Shown here piece after piece: positions 32,163 through 42,405 of a stretch of DNA of 50,630 bases. The stretch lies in the NCBI GenBank assembly GCA_035602665.1, contig DATNLV010000228.1:1-50630 (forward strand). The letters are read 5' to 3'. The notes under the pieces are model-generated. The model made no database searches and was not told the origin of the DNA. It saw only the letters and a list, made by a program, of their open reading frames with translations. A program made the position numbers and the translations under genes. The stretch is from Bryobacteraceae bacterium. GTDB taxonomy: Bacteria > Acidobacteriota > Terriglobia > Bryobacterales > Bryobacteraceae. Position 1 is the first letter of the stretch; every line of letters starts with the position of its first letter.

Positions 32163-33830
32163 TTAATGCGGCTCCTGGATACGGACCACGCGGGCCCCTG
32201 CTACGTTACGCAACTGTTGCACCCGGCCCGATGGCCATACGATCTCGACCAGGTCCGCCGATGCCGCCGCGCCCAGCCCGAAATGCACGGGTCCGGCGCT
32301 GGACGAGGCATAGCCGCAGGCGGTTGTAACATGATTGTATTGCGTGCCGGCGCTGGTAACGACTTTGATCCGCGCGCCGATGGCATCGCGGTTGCTCTTG
32401 GTGCCCTCGAGCCGGAGCTCGAGCCAATGACTCGCGCCCGGGCTCTGATTCATCCAGATCTCGGCCGGAGCGCCGATCGCGCTGACCACCACGTCCAACC
32501 GCCCGTCGCCGTCCAGGTCGCCGACCGCTGAACCGCGATGCCTCTCGGGGGCCTGCGCGGCCAGTCCCGCTTCGGCGGTGAGCGCGGCAAACTTGCCGTT
32601 TCCCAGATTGCGGAACACGGTATTGGGCTGCGCCACGCTCACGCGCGGGGCGGCCTGGAGCGATTGGACATGGCCGCGAGAGACGAAGATGTCCTTCCAG
32701 CCGTCGTTGTCGAAATCGAAGATGGTGGGCGAGTAGCCCGACATCGGCATGCTGAGCGTGGCCATCCGACTGGGCCCGGTAGCGTCGATGAAGTCGCCCT
32801 TGCCGGTGTTCCTGAACAGCGGGAAGGTCTCGTCGTCGAGGGCGACCAGCGCGATGTCGGGGTAGCCGTCGTTGTCGAGATCGCGAAAATCCGCGCCCAT
32901 GCCGGAGATGAGCTCGGCGTTCTCGCGCAGCGCGACGTTGGCGGGGAACGCCACCTCTTCGAACTTGCCGCCTCCTTTGTTGTGGAACAGCGAGTTGTAC
33001 ATCTTGTCGTTGGAGACGAAAAAGTCCACCCAGCCGTCGAGGTCGTAGTCGGCCACGCCAATGCCCATGCCCTTGCCAGGATGCGCGCGCACGCCGCACG
33101 GGGCCGAGATATCGCGGAAGGTTCCATCGCCGTTGTTGAGGTACACCTGGTTGGGCGTGGGCTTGTACATCTTTGGGTGGCAGTAATCGAGGCGGTCCCC
33201 GGATGGGCAAGCGGGCTCTGTGTCGATGTTCCAGCTCAGGTAGTTCACGACGACCAGGTCGAGCAGGCCATCATTATTGATATCGACCCAGGCTGCGCCG
33301 ACGGACCAGAGCGGGCCGTATTCGGCATCGGGCTTGTTGAGCCCCGCCTGTTGGGTCACGTCCTTGAAGGTTCCGTCGCCGTTGTTGTGGTACAGCGTGT
33401 TGTGGTGGACGCCGCCGACGAAGATGTCCTCGTATCCGTCGTTGTCGTAGTCGCCGATGGCGACGCCGGTGTCGAAGCCGGTGCCTGCGAGACCGGCCTT
33501 TGCGGTGACATCGGTGAAGTGGCCCTTGCCGTCGTTTTTGAAGAGGCGGTTGTAGTACTTGGGATCGGTCTTTTTGAGGCTGCGGATGTCGGCGCCGTTG
33601 GTGAAAAAGATGTCGAGCGCGCCGTCGTTGTCGTAGTCGAAAACCGCGACGCCACCGGCCATGGTTTCCGGGGCGTGGCGCTGGGGCGTCTCGCAACTAT
33701 CGAGCGTGAACGCGATCGGCCGATGGGCGAAACGGATCGGGCTCTCCGTGTTTTGGAAGCTTAGCGTGAGGCCGCCGGCCGCGAGCGCAAGGAGGACGGG
33801 GACGAGCGCGGTGTTTCGGAGCGCGGGCAT
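32163..33830 (-). CDS. CRTAC1-like secreted protein (FG-GAP/VCBS repeats + ASPIC/UnbV C-terminal domain)
   Basis: True start is the ATG at 33830 (MPALRNTALVPVLLALAAGG signal). Repeated DxDNDGxxD(I/L)(F/V)V motifs. C-terminal SNRDAIGARIKV...HFGLG...VEIVWPSG. The ORF-track start at 34214 is an over-extension. Confidence 0.9.
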   Translation of the reverse strand: MPALRNTALVPVLLALAAGGLTLSFQNTESPIRFAHRPIAFTLDSCETPQRHAPETMAGGVAVFDYDNDGALDIFFTNGADIRSLKKTDPKYYNRLFKNDGKGHFTDVTAKAGLAGTGFDTGVAIGDYDNDGYEDIFVGGVHHNTLYHNNGDGTFKDVTQQAGLNKPDAEYGPLWSVGAAWVDINNDGLLDLVVVNYLSWNIDTEPACPSGDRLDYCHPKMYKPTPNQVYLNNGDGTFRDISAPCGVRAHPGKGMGIGVADYDLDGWVDFFVSNDKMYNSLFHNKGGGKFEEVAFPANVALRENAELISGMGADFRDLDNDGYPDIALVALDDETFPLFRNTGKGDFIDATGPSRMATLSMPMSGYSPTIFDFDNDGWKDIFVSRGHVQSLQAAPRVSVAQPNTVFRNLGNGKFAALTAEAGLAAQAPERHRGSAVGDLDGDGRLDVVVSAIGAPAEIWMNQSPGASHWLELRLEGTKSNRDAIGARIKVVTSAGTQYNHVTTACGYASSSAGPVHFGLGAAASADLVEIVWPSGRVQQLRNVAGARVVRIQEPH

Positions 33831-34152
33831 CTGAGGATGATTATGGCATTGACTCCGTGGCTGGAGCCCCCTCTGATTCCAGACACCAGCGAAGACCCAG
33901 CGGCGGCCCGGCGTCAAATACAAAACGAAGCCAATAAGTTCTTTGGTTTCAGTGCAAGCGTCGGTTCGGTAATTCCAATAAACGTCGGGCGGGCCGGCGC
34001 AATTCGGACAGCGGTGGTTCGTGTCGCACGTTTCGCCCTCCGAGGCAAACATAGCGCGGCTGGGCGGAGTGAGAAGGGGAGCAGCGGGGCAAGCGATTGA
34101 GAATGCGGGGAAAGAGTTTTTTCGGAAGGCGTGACTCAGCCGCGAGGGCCAC

Positions 34153-34195
34153 GGCGGGTCTTGAGACCCTCGGCAGGCGTGGAGGCCTGCCCCAC
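34153..34195. repeat. Hairpin repeat, family C copy
   Basis: GGGTCT-TG-AGACCC (34156-34169) and GCAGGCG-TGGA-GGCCTGC (34173-34190, one inner mismatch), then CCCAC. It lies in the divergent intergenic region. Confidence 0.6.
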
Positions 34196-34257
34196 AGGGC
34201 TGCGCTTCGCCCAAGGATAGAGGCGATTCGCCCCAGGGGTCGGCCTCTGGACGCTCG

Positions 34258-35370
34258 ATGGAGATACTCTGGAGTTACAAGTTGCGCAAAACCCTTCTCA
34301 TCTTAGGATGCTGGACCGCCTATGCATTGGTGATGGGCTCGCGGTACGTGGTGGTCCAGTCATTGGGCGGCAAGCGCGTCCATGCGGTTCGAATCCTGGT
34401 TGGCGAGCTCACGTTTGCGTGGCTTTGGGCGGCCGCGACTCCATTGCTATGGCGCTTGTCCGCCCGATTCCCCATACACAAATGGTCCGACGTGCGCCGC
34501 CTCCTCCTGCATTCGGTTTTTGCCTGTGTGTCTTCGCTGGCGATCAAGTTCGCGTATGACATAGTGTTCCTTCCGGTGATTCAACCGGAATGGGTGCCGG
34601 CGACCGGCCGGGCCGCCATGGTCTCGGTGATCGGAGCCATCGATTTCGGCACCTTGAACTACACCATGATCGTGATGGCCCAGCACGCGGTGGCGTACCT
34701 GTCGCGTTGGCGGCAATCGCTGATCCAATCGGAACGCCTGGCGAAGCTGCTGGCCGAGGCGCGGCTGCAGACTTTGCAGATGCAGCTCGAGCCACACTTT
34801 CTGTTCAACACCCTGCAATCGATCTCCCAGTTGGTCCACGAGGACCCCGACGCAGCCGAGCGCATGCTGGCTCTCTTGGGGGATATGCTTCGGAAGACCC
34901 TGGCTTGCCGCAACGGAGAGGAGATTCCGCTGCACGAGGAGCTGGGCCTGCTGCACCAGTACATCGACATACAGCAAGTGCGCTTTCGCGGAAGGCTGGA
35001 GGTTCAATGGCATGTGGATCCGACGACGGAGAATGCCGCGATCCCACCGATGCTGATGCAGCCGCTGGTGGAGAATGCCTTCCGGCACGGCCTGAACGGG
35101 TATCATACGGTGGACGTGCTGTCGATCCGGTGCGCGCGGAGGGAAGACCGGCTCCACATCGAGATCCAGGACAATGGACCTGGAAAACGTCGCTCAGATA
35201 AAGATACCGACCGTCAGGGTATGGGCCTCAAGAACGTGGCGGACAGACTCCAGTATCAGTATGGCGCCGAGCAGAGCCTTCGCTACGGGACGAACGGCGC
35301 GGATGGCTTCCGGGTCACCCTTGAGATCCCGTTTCAACTTCATGAGAACCTATCGGGTGCTGATCGTTGA
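34258..35370 (+). CDS. LytS/YehU-type sensor histidine kinase
   Basis: 370 aa. N-terminal multi-TM region. His_kinase motif LEPHFLFNTLQSISQLV. HATPase_c (IEIQDNGPG, GMGLKNVADRL). Confidence 0.9.
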   Translation: MEILWSYKLRKTLLILGCWTAYALVMGSRYVVVQSLGGKRVHAVRILVGELTFAWLWAAATPLLWRLSARFPIHKWSDVRRLLLHSVFACVSSLAIKFAYDIVFLPVIQPEWVPATGRAAMVSVIGAIDFGTLNYTMIVMAQHAVAYLSRWRQSLIQSERLAKLLAEARLQTLQMQLEPHFLFNTLQSISQLVHEDPDAAERMLALLGDMLRKTLACRNGEEIPLHEELGLLHQYIDIQQVRFRGRLEVQWHVDPTTENAAIPPMLMQPLVENAFRHGLNGYHTVDVLSIRCARREDRLHIEIQDNGPGKRRSDKDTDRQGMGLKNVADRLQYQYGAEQSLRYGTNGADGFRVTLEIPFQLHENLSGADR

Positions 35371-36103
35371 CGACGAGGCGCTGACGCGCCGAGCCATCCG
35401 GCGTTTGCTCGAGCCGGAGAGCGACATGGAAGTTGCCGGCGAATGCGAGGACGGCGAGCAGGCCGTAGCGGCCGTCCGGCGCCTCTCGATCGACATCCTG
35501 TTTCTAGACGTCCGGATGCCTCGCAAGGACGGTTTCCAAGTGCTGGAGTCGCTCGCCGGAGCGCATCTCCCCCTGGTGGTCTTCGTCACAGCTCACCAGG
35601 AGTTCGCGGTCCGGGCGTTCGAATTCAACTCCATCGACTATCTTCTGAAACCGTTCGACCGCACGAGATTCCTGCGGACTCTAACGCGCGTCCGCGAACG
35701 CCTCGGCGGAGCGCGGCCGCTCGAAGACAACTCGTTCGTGCCCGAAATCCTGCGCTTCCTTCGCGCCGGGTCCGGCCTGCGTATTCCGGTGAAGCAGGGA
35801 AGACGGGTGCTGCTGATCCGCCAGGAGACCATCGACTGGATCGAAGCTGCCGACAACTATCTGATCCTGCACTGCGGCAAGCAGGAGCACATCATTCGCA
35901 AGACCATCAGCAGCCTGGAAGGCATCCTGGACCCGGGCCGGTTCCTGCGGATCCACCGCTCGGCGCTGGTGAACATGGATCGCATCCAGTTCTACGAGCC
36001 CAATGCGGAGGGCGACTATACCGTGACCCTGGCCAGCGGCTCGCAACTTACGCTCAGCCGCGGCTACCGGGACCGGTTCTTCGCGAGGTTGGTGAAGACA
36101 TGA
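35342..36103 (+). CDS. LytR/AlgR (LytTR DNA-binding) family response regulator
   Basis: Starts at MRTYRVLIVDDE (ATG 35342), overlapping the kinase end by 29 nt. REC plus LytTR (IDWIEAADNYLILHCG...FLRIHRSALVN). 253 aa. Confidence 0.9.
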   Translation: MRTYRVLIVDDEALTRRAIRRLLEPESDMEVAGECEDGEQAVAAVRRLSIDILFLDVRMPRKDGFQVLESLAGAHLPLVVFVTAHQEFAVRAFEFNSIDYLLKPFDRTRFLRTLTRVRERLGGARPLEDNSFVPEILRFLRAGSGLRIPVKQGRRVLLIRQETIDWIEAADNYLILHCGKQEHIIRKTISSLEGILDPGRFLRIHRSALVNMDRIQFYEPNAEGDYTVTLASGSQLTLSRGYRDRFFARLVKT

Positions 36104-36132
36104 CTGACAGGGGCGCGATGGTGGGACAGGCA

Positions 36133-36159
36133 CGAATTTCGCAAATGCGGCGAAATTCG
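36133..36159. terminator. Possible stem-loop between convergent genes
   Basis: CGAATTTCGC-AAATGCG-GCGAAATTCG, a 10-bp stem with no clear U-tract. Confidence 0.3.
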
Positions 36160-36217
36160 AGCCAGTCCCGGGTTTGCGGCCAATTCCGGTGCGCGACGGA
36201 ATCCACGACGCACTACA

Positions 36218-39200
36218 TTAGAAGACCAGGCGCACGACGATCTGAAGCTGTCGCGAGTTACTCGGGAAGTAGTTTTGGTATTGGCCGAAAGAAGGGTTCC
36301 CAGGGACGAGGAAACTGCGACTGACGGCATCGGTCAAGAACGGCGAAACGTCAGCGAGGTAACCGCCAACGAACTGCGAGTGGTTGAAAAGGTTGAAAGC
36401 CTGCACCCCAAAATCGAGCCGTTTGTTCTCTCCGTAACCAATCCGCTTCATGAGGGCTGCATCGAAATTGTTGGTGTGGTCCAGCGGCAGAGTATTACGG
36501 CCTCCGTTGGCGAAGGCGCCGAGACCAGCCTGGATGTATCGGGCGCCCGGGTTGGTGGCCACATAGGCGACGATGTCGGGCGAGCCGGCGTCTACCACCT
36601 GGCCGGCCGCGTTGAGGGGGTTTACTCCGCTGCTGGTGCCGCTGGCGCCGGCTGGATTGACGATCGCGCGGTCGCCCGCTGTGTCGTTGTTCAGGTTGGC
36701 GTCCACACCGCTCTGCACGGTCGCGTACTCGGGCGATTGAAAGGTGTAGGTGCCGGAGATGTTCCAGTTCCCCACGAGGTTCTTCAGCACCCAGGATTGG
36801 TTCTGGAACGGCTTGAAGTCGTAAATGGGTGTCAGCGTGAAGCGGTGCCGGCGATCGAGCGCCGATGACGCCCATTCGGCGCGCATGTTCTGGAAGTCCT
36901 GGGCGCGGCGCGGAGAAAGAATGGTGGAAAAGTTAGTGGCGGTCGAGTCGTCGAAGTTATGGCTCCATGTGTAAGCCGCCAGAACCGACACATTGCGTGA
37001 AAAGCGCTTGGTCAGTTGCAGCGCCAGGCCGTTATAGCGCGAGTTGCCCCAGGGATGATAGGTGGTCAGGTTCTGTGCGAAGCCGTAAGCCGCCAGATCG
37101 TTGAACGGCTGATGGATGGTGCCACCCGGCAGGGGAGTGTTCTTGAGAGTGTCCAGCGTCAGCGTGTCGGCGGCCAGTTGAGATGCCGTCGGCATGGTCA
37201 GGTAGGTGGGAAGATTGTGCGTCGCCGTCACGGGGCTCACGATATTCAAACGGGTCTGGTTCCACAGGTGAACGCCCTTGGTGTACACGTAGCGAGCTTC
37301 GACAGTGTAGTCCTTGCCGATCAGACGCTGCACACCGAGGGTGCCGTTCAACGCATAGGGCCGGTGCTGGTCGAAGGTGTAGGAGGCGATCGACGCGCGG
37401 GCGTCCGCCTGACTTACCGCGGCGGACCCCGACGGCACAAGCCCACCGTTGGCCAGGAAATTCGAGACCGGTTGGCTCCCGTTCACGTCGAGCGTGGTCT
37501 GGTAATAGGCCGGGGACGCGTTCTGCGCCAGGTTAATGTAAGTGTTGTCGTAAGACATGCTGACGCCGCCACGGATCGACCAGACTCCGCTGTTTCCGGG
37601 CGTGTAGGCGAAGCCCAGCCGCGGCGCCCAGTTGTTTCGGTCCGATTTCGGCGAACGGAACGCGATCACGCCCGGTACGTCGGCGATGGAACTGAGGGCC
37701 TGCGCCCGGGAACCGACCGGCACGGTGACGTACTCGTACCGCAGTCCCAGGTTGAGGGTCAAGTTACGGCGAACCCGAAAGTCGTCATTCACGTAGGCGG
37801 CCGTCTGAAGATAGCCGAAAGGAGTATTGCTTGAACCGGCGCTGCGCTCGCCGGAAACGCCGCTCAGGTTGCCGCCGCTCGGCTGCTGGTCCAGTAAGTA
37901 CTGCTCTAACGTGGCGTAGTCGTAATCCCCGCGCACACGCTGGACGAAATATCCCGTCAGGATAATGTCGGAGATATTGAGGCCAGCCTTGATCGTGTGG
38001 CGGCCCCAGGTCTTGGTGAGGTTCTCCTGCAACTGGGACAGATTCTCGATGGATCCACCCGGCGTATTCGGGTCGGGACCGATCTGCAACTGGAGGTCGT
38101 CGATGCCGATGTTCGGGAAAGCATCGAGACCCGGAAACTTGAAGTTTCCCGCGCCGATGTTCTGGTTATTGCGGCTATAGGACACGCGCAGTTCGTTCTC
38201 CAGGGTCGGCGAGAAGTTGTGGAACTCCGAAATCGAGACGCTGTTATTGACATTCGGGGAAGGCTCGAAGAATACCGGCAGCGCAGCCAGGAAGTCGATA
38301 CCGACGGACCTATTGTAGAAGTAGCGTCCACGAAGCTGGTCCCCGGCGCTGATGTTCCAATCGATCGCGGCCACCGCGTTATAGGAGTTGTTGTAGGCCG
38401 GCGATGCAAACGAAAGCGGGCCGATGGGGATTGTCGTGCCGCCCACGGTCACCGAGTCGCTGGCGGCCGGCGCCACCGGCACGTACTGTTCGAATACTTT
38501 CAGATTCGTCTTGCTGACGCCGCCCAATCCCCCGAGGGCCGTGAGGCCGGCGCTGGTGGGTGCGAACACAGTCTGGCCCGGCTGCGCGGCCTGGCCCAGC
38601 GGGTTGTATTCGAAGTTACCGTAGTAGAACAGCTTGTCTTTACGGATGGGGCCGCCGATGCTAGCGCCCAGGCGGTTATCGTCGAAACGGGGGTTGGAAC
38701 GAATGCCCTGTTGCACTTCCGTCTGGTCCACCGCATTCAGGTTGCGGTTTTGCAGATACTCGAAAAGCGAGCCGTGAATCGTGTTCGTACCCGTCTTGAC
38801 AACCGCGTTGAACACGCCGCCCGAGGCGCCGCCGAACTCGGCGCTAAATTGATTCTGCACCACGTTGAACTGCGCTACCGCCTCGTTGGAGACATATACC
38901 TGCGGGCCGGTGGAGTAGTGGTTGTCGTTCATCACGCCATCGAGGTTGAACGTATTGTTCTCAGGCCGCTGGCCGGCGACGCTCGGACCGGTGCCCTGGC
39001 CGACGCCGCCGGAACTGGTGACGCCCGCGCCGAGCAGGCTCAGGTTGTAGATCCCGGCTCCGTTGACGACCTTGGAAAGGCCCGCCGAGGGCACGTCGAC
39101 CGCGGCCCTGGAGTCGTAAGTGGACTGCAATTGGGCCGTGGAAGTGTCCAGCAACGCCGGGGCTTCCGTTACTTCCACCGTGGTGCTCACGGCGGCCACG

Positions 39201-39538
39201 GCCAGGGTCAGGTTAATCGACGAAGTGTGGTTCAGCAGCAACTGCACGCCCGCCACGGCCGCGGTGGTAAAGCCTGGCATGGTTGCCGAGACATCATAGC
39301 GTCCCACAGGGATGTTATTCAGGCGGTATTCGCCTGTGGAACTCGTTTGCGTGGTGTATTTCGCGGCGGTCTCGGTGTTGGTGGCTGTTACCACCGTTCC
39401 GACGATGCTTGCGCCGGTGGTGTCTGTTACCGTCCCTACCAGTATGCTGTCACTGGCTTGCCCAAATAGCGCCATCGTCGAAAGTGCCAGGGCGCCTCCG
39501 AGACAAAGTAGAGTAAGTGAACCGGATCGGCTCGTCAT
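36218..39538 (-). CDS. TonB-dependent outer-membrane receptor with N-terminal carboxypeptidase-regulatory-like domain
   Basis: Starts at the ATG at 39538 (MTSRSGSLTLLCLGGALALSTMALFGQ signal). CarboxypepD_reg-like GTVTDTTGASIVGTVVTATN...YRLNNIPVGRYDV. Long beta-barrel ending in VVRLVF (terminal Phe). 1106 aa. Confidence 0.9.
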   Translation of the reverse strand: MTSRSGSLTLLCLGGALALSTMALFGQASDSILVGTVTDTTGASIVGTVVTATNTETAAKYTTQTSSTGEYRLNNIPVGRYDVSATMPGFTTAAVAGVQLLLNHTSSINLTLAVAAVSTTVEVTEAPALLDTSTAQLQSTYDSRAAVDVPSAGLSKVVNGAGIYNLSLLGAGVTSSGGVGQGTGPSVAGQRPENNTFNLDGVMNDNHYSTGPQVYVSNEAVAQFNVVQNQFSAEFGGASGGVFNAVVKTGTNTIHGSLFEYLQNRNLNAVDQTEVQQGIRSNPRFDDNRLGASIGGPIRKDKLFYYGNFEYNPLGQAAQPGQTVFAPTSAGLTALGGLGGVSKTNLKVFEQYVPVAPAASDSVTVGGTTIPIGPLSFASPAYNNSYNAVAAIDWNISAGDQLRGRYFYNRSVGIDFLAALPVFFEPSPNVNNSVSISEFHNFSPTLENELRVSYSRNNQNIGAGNFKFPGLDAFPNIGIDDLQLQIGPDPNTPGGSIENLSQLQENLTKTWGRHTIKAGLNISDIILTGYFVQRVRGDYDYATLEQYLLDQQPSGGNLSGVSGERSAGSSNTPFGYLQTAAYVNDDFRVRRNLTLNLGLRYEYVTVPVGSRAQALSSIADVPGVIAFRSPKSDRNNWAPRLGFAYTPGNSGVWSIRGGVSMSYDNTYINLAQNASPAYYQTTLDVNGSQPVSNFLANGGLVPSGSAAVSQADARASIASYTFDQHRPYALNGTLGVQRLIGKDYTVEARYVYTKGVHLWNQTRLNIVSPVTATHNLPTYLTMPTASQLAADTLTLDTLKNTPLPGGTIHQPFNDLAAYGFAQNLTTYHPWGNSRYNGLALQLTKRFSRNVSVLAAYTWSHNFDDSTATNFSTILSPRRAQDFQNMRAEWASSALDRRHRFTLTPIYDFKPFQNQSWVLKNLVGNWNISGTYTFQSPEYATVQSGVDANLNNDTAGDRAIVNPAGASGTSSGVNPLNAAGQVVDAGSPDIVAYVATNPGARYIQAGLGAFANGGRNTLPLDHTNNFDAALMKRIGYGENKRLDFGVQAFNLFNHSQFVGGYLADVSPFLTDAVSRSFLVPGNPSFGQYQNYFPSNSRQLQIVVRLVF

Positions 39539-39772
39539 ATGTGTAGCTCCCCCCTGTGTGTTGGCACCTTGACCACGCGCGCGGCATGTCGCACGCGAGT
39601 CCCCCTGAAACCCGGCCAACTATGGAATCGAGTATGGTCGGGATCGACGGAGAATGCGGCCAAAATGGGGTGACTGGCGGAATGCCGGGGCGAATTGCGG
39701 GGTGGTGGGGCGGGCGTGGCCCTGCGAGTGCGACCTGCTATGGAAGCTCGCTCGCGTGAACTGGGCGTTGCG

Positions 39773-40738
39773 TCATTCGGTGGCGGTGCGGTGGCTGGGG
39801 CGTGTCTGGAGACCCGCTGCAGGCGTGGACGCCTGCCCCACTTTCGTCGTGGTGATGACCACAACGCCCACCAGAACGAGCAGCGCTCCTAGGATCGTTC
39901 GCAGGCCGAGCGCTTCCCCGGCGAGGAAATAGCCGAGAAGCACCGCTATCACGGGATTCACATATGCGTAAGTGCCGACCTTGGTCGGGGACTCATGATG
40001 AATCAGCCAGACATAGGCGGTAAAGGCAACGATAGAACCGGCGACGATCAAATAGAGCAACGCGAGCCACGCTCCGCGTGAGACGGCTTCGGGACGGAAC
40101 GTGCGAAACTCCCCCATGGCAGCCGCTGTTAGAGCCAGCAACACTCCTCCGGCCAGCATCTGCGCGCCCGAGCTCATGACTTTGGACGGCGGAAGCTGCA
40201 GCTTCCGCGTGAGCGCGGACGCTAGCGACCAACACATCGCCGCAACGATCAGCGCTACGGCGCCGGCCCTATCGACCGGTGCGCCGCCCAGGTTCAACGA
40301 GCGGCTCATCAGCACTGCCACGCCGGCAAGGCCGATCAGGAGCGCCGAGGCCAGTCGCAGGGTGAGCCTTTGCGTTCGCAGGATGAAGATCTCCGACAGG
40401 GCCATAAACGCCGCGATCGTGGCCATCATGACAGCCGTGATTCCGGAGGGCACACGCTGCTCGGCCCAGAACACCAGTCCGTAGTCGCCGACGAAGATCA
40501 GGGCGGCCAGCAGGAAAGCCGACGTCCATTGCCGCCCGCTTGGTGAGGGCTCGCCGCGCGCGAGCATCCAGACATAGAGAACGCTTCCGGCGATCACGAA
40601 GCGCATCGCCGCAAGCAGGAACGGCGGCACTTCCCGCACGCCGATGCGGATGGCGAGAAATGTGGATCCCCACACCAGGTAGATGATCGCGAACGCCAGG
40701 ACAGTCTTCCAGGTTGGGCGGTGGCCCCTCGCTTCCAT
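39773..40738 (-). CDS. EamA/DMT-superfamily transporter
   Basis: Starts at MEARGHRP (ATG 40738). About 10 TM helices with a two-EamA-repeat pattern (YLVWGSTFLAIR..., PTKVGTYAYVNPVIAVLLG). The last ~20 codons are encoded by a family C hairpin repeat. Confidence 0.9.
   Translation of the reverse strand: MEARGHRPTWKTVLAFAIIYLVWGSTFLAIRIGVREVPPFLLAAMRFVIAGSVLYVWMLARGEPSPSGRQWTSAFLLAALIFVGDYGLVFWAEQRVPSGITAVMMATIAAFMALSEIFILRTQRLTLRLASALLIGLAGVAVLMSRSLNLGGAPVDRAGAVALIVAAMCWSLASALTRKLQLPPSKVMSSGAQMLAGGVLLALTAAAMGEFRTFRPEAVSRGAWLALLYLIVAGSIVAFTAYVWLIHHESPTKVGTYAYVNPVIAVLLGYFLAGEALGLRTILGALLVLVGVVVITTTKVGQASTPAAGLQTRPSHRTATE
39800..39841. repeat. Hairpin repeat, family C copy, inside the 3-prime end of the EamA ORF
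   Basis: GTGTCT-GG-AGACCC (39802-39815) and GCAGGCG-TGGA-CGCCTGC (39819-39836), then CCCAC. Confidence 0.65.
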
Positions 40739-40767
40739 AGCTCTATCGTCGCACTGAGCGAGCGGTG

Positions 40768-42354
40768 CTAGCGATCCAACCACACCCGGTAGACGGCGCC
40801 GGCTTTGGGCAGGTTGACGCCGAAATCGGTCTGATCGCCGTTCAACCGGCGACGGACGGTCCAGGTTCCGTCGGAGAACACGCCTTCTTCGGCGCGGAGG
40901 AAGCGAGCTCCGTCACCGGGCTTGCGCTGGCCGGTGGCCGGAATACCGCGGCGGGCGCGGAAGCGGACGCGGGTTTCGAAACCGGCGAGCACGAATTCGC
41001 CGGGCGCGACCTGGGCGATCAGCACACGGCCTTCGCCGTCCGTTTTCGACTCGTTGCTTCCGAAGCCCCAGTTCGGGCGGTTGAATTCCACCAGAACGTC
41101 GTAGTCGCCGCAATGCAGCAACTCGGAATAGACGCGCGGGCCTTCGACCGCGGCCCTGAGCTTGCCCTCGGCCTGCCACTGGGAAATCTCGGAGACCACG
41201 GGGGCGAGTAAGTGGTAGCTGGCGGCAAGATCGGCGATGGCCTCCGGCGAGGTATTGGTCCAGCCGGTGGCGTCGAGGCCGAAGGGAGAGAAGCCGATGG
41301 TGCCGAACTCGCCGATGGCCTCGAACAGGCGGCGCGGGCCGGGATTGTCGTAGTAGGTCTCGGGGATGAAAAGCGGGTTGTCGGGCCGGCGATACGCGGT
41401 CATGGTGCGCACGTAGCTTTCGTGGCTGGGCAGGTAGATGTCGGGCGCTATGACGTCGATCGCCGGCGTGGCCGCTTTCCAGACGTCGAGCATGCCAGCG
41501 ACCGGGCCGCCGCTGGGGTAATCCTCGCCGGGCCGCTCCCAACTTCCGCCTTCCGAGAGCCAGCAGTTCACGTAGAGCGGCAACTTATACGCGGCTTTGC
41601 CGGCGGCGGCAACCTCATTTACGTAGGAGGCGATGCCCCAGGCCGAGAAGGCCTCCTCGGCTTCGTCGCCGAAGACCTGCTCCCAGGTTCCGGGTTTGCG
41701 ATGCAGGGCCGCGACTAACTTATCGGGAACCGCGGATTGGAACAACTTAGTAGCCTCCGGCGAGTAATCGCGCGGGGTGCCGTAGGAGCCGGACTCGTTT
41801 TCGACCTGCAGCAGAATCACGGTGCCCTGCGCCTCATCAGTTTCGCCGATGTGGTGCATCAGGGCGGTGAAGGCCGCGCGATCCGCTTCCAGCGTGGCGG
41901 GGAACCAGGGCGAGATGATGCCGGTCACGTTGCCGGCCGCGTCGATCATGGTGGGGTAGCGCTGGCGGTCCTGCTTCACCCACGCCGGGACGTAGGTGGA
42001 CGCTCCGTTCTTCCAGCTTCCGAACCACAGGAAGACGAGGTGAATTTTGTGCTCGCGAGCCCAGGCGAGGATGCGGTCGACGTTGTCGAAGCGGAACTGG
42101 CCTTGCTGGGGCTCGATGTCTTCCCAATAAACGGGGATCTCCACGGTGTTGGCCCCGAGGGCTCCGATGGTTTCCCAGATCTGCGGCAGGGCCGCGGGCC
42201 AGCCGCTTGAGTTATTGACCTGGCCGCCGAGGATCAGAAAGGGCTTGCCGTCTACGAACAGTTGCCAGCCGTGCGCTTGCTTTTCGATGCGCGGCCTTTC
42301 GGCGGCCGCGAGCGCGGCGGCGATGAGGAATGAGAGAAGAACGACACGTCGCAT
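40768..42354 (-). CDS. Secreted clan GH-A glycoside hydrolase, beta-galactosidase-like (GH35/GH42-type TIM barrel plus C-terminal beta domain)
   Basis: 528 aa. Signal MRRVVLLSFLIAAALAAA. GANTVEIPVYWEDIEPQQGQFRF and acid/base motif LLQVENESG. The exact GH family is not decidable by eye. Confidence 0.8.
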   Translation of the reverse strand: MRRVVLLSFLIAAALAAAERPRIEKQAHGWQLFVDGKPFLILGGQVNNSSGWPAALPQIWETIGALGANTVEIPVYWEDIEPQQGQFRFDNVDRILAWAREHKIHLVFLWFGSWKNGASTYVPAWVKQDRQRYPTMIDAAGNVTGIISPWFPATLEADRAAFTALMHHIGETDEAQGTVILLQVENESGSYGTPRDYSPEATKLFQSAVPDKLVAALHRKPGTWEQVFGDEAEEAFSAWGIASYVNEVAAAGKAAYKLPLYVNCWLSEGGSWERPGEDYPSGGPVAGMLDVWKAATPAIDVIAPDIYLPSHESYVRTMTAYRRPDNPLFIPETYYDNPGPRRLFEAIGEFGTIGFSPFGLDATGWTNTSPEAIADLAASYHLLAPVVSEISQWQAEGKLRAAVEGPRVYSELLHCGDYDVLVEFNRPNWGFGSNESKTDGEGRVLIAQVAPGEFVLAGFETRVRFRARRGIPATGQRKPGDGARFLRAEEGVFSDGTWTVRRRLNGDQTDFGVNLPKAGAVYRVWLDR

Positions 42355-42366
42355 TGTGAACTCCTT

Positions 42367-42403
42367 GCGGGGCTCAAGCCCCGCGCGGGCTGAAGCCCGC
42401 CCT
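42367..42403. repeat. Hairpin repeat, family A copy
   Basis: GCGGGGCTCAAGCCCCGCGCGGGCTGAAGCCCGCC, identical over 35 nt to 45150-45184. It lies between the stop of the CRTAC1-like gene and the start of the GH gene. Confidence 0.7.
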
Positions 42404-42405
42404 CC

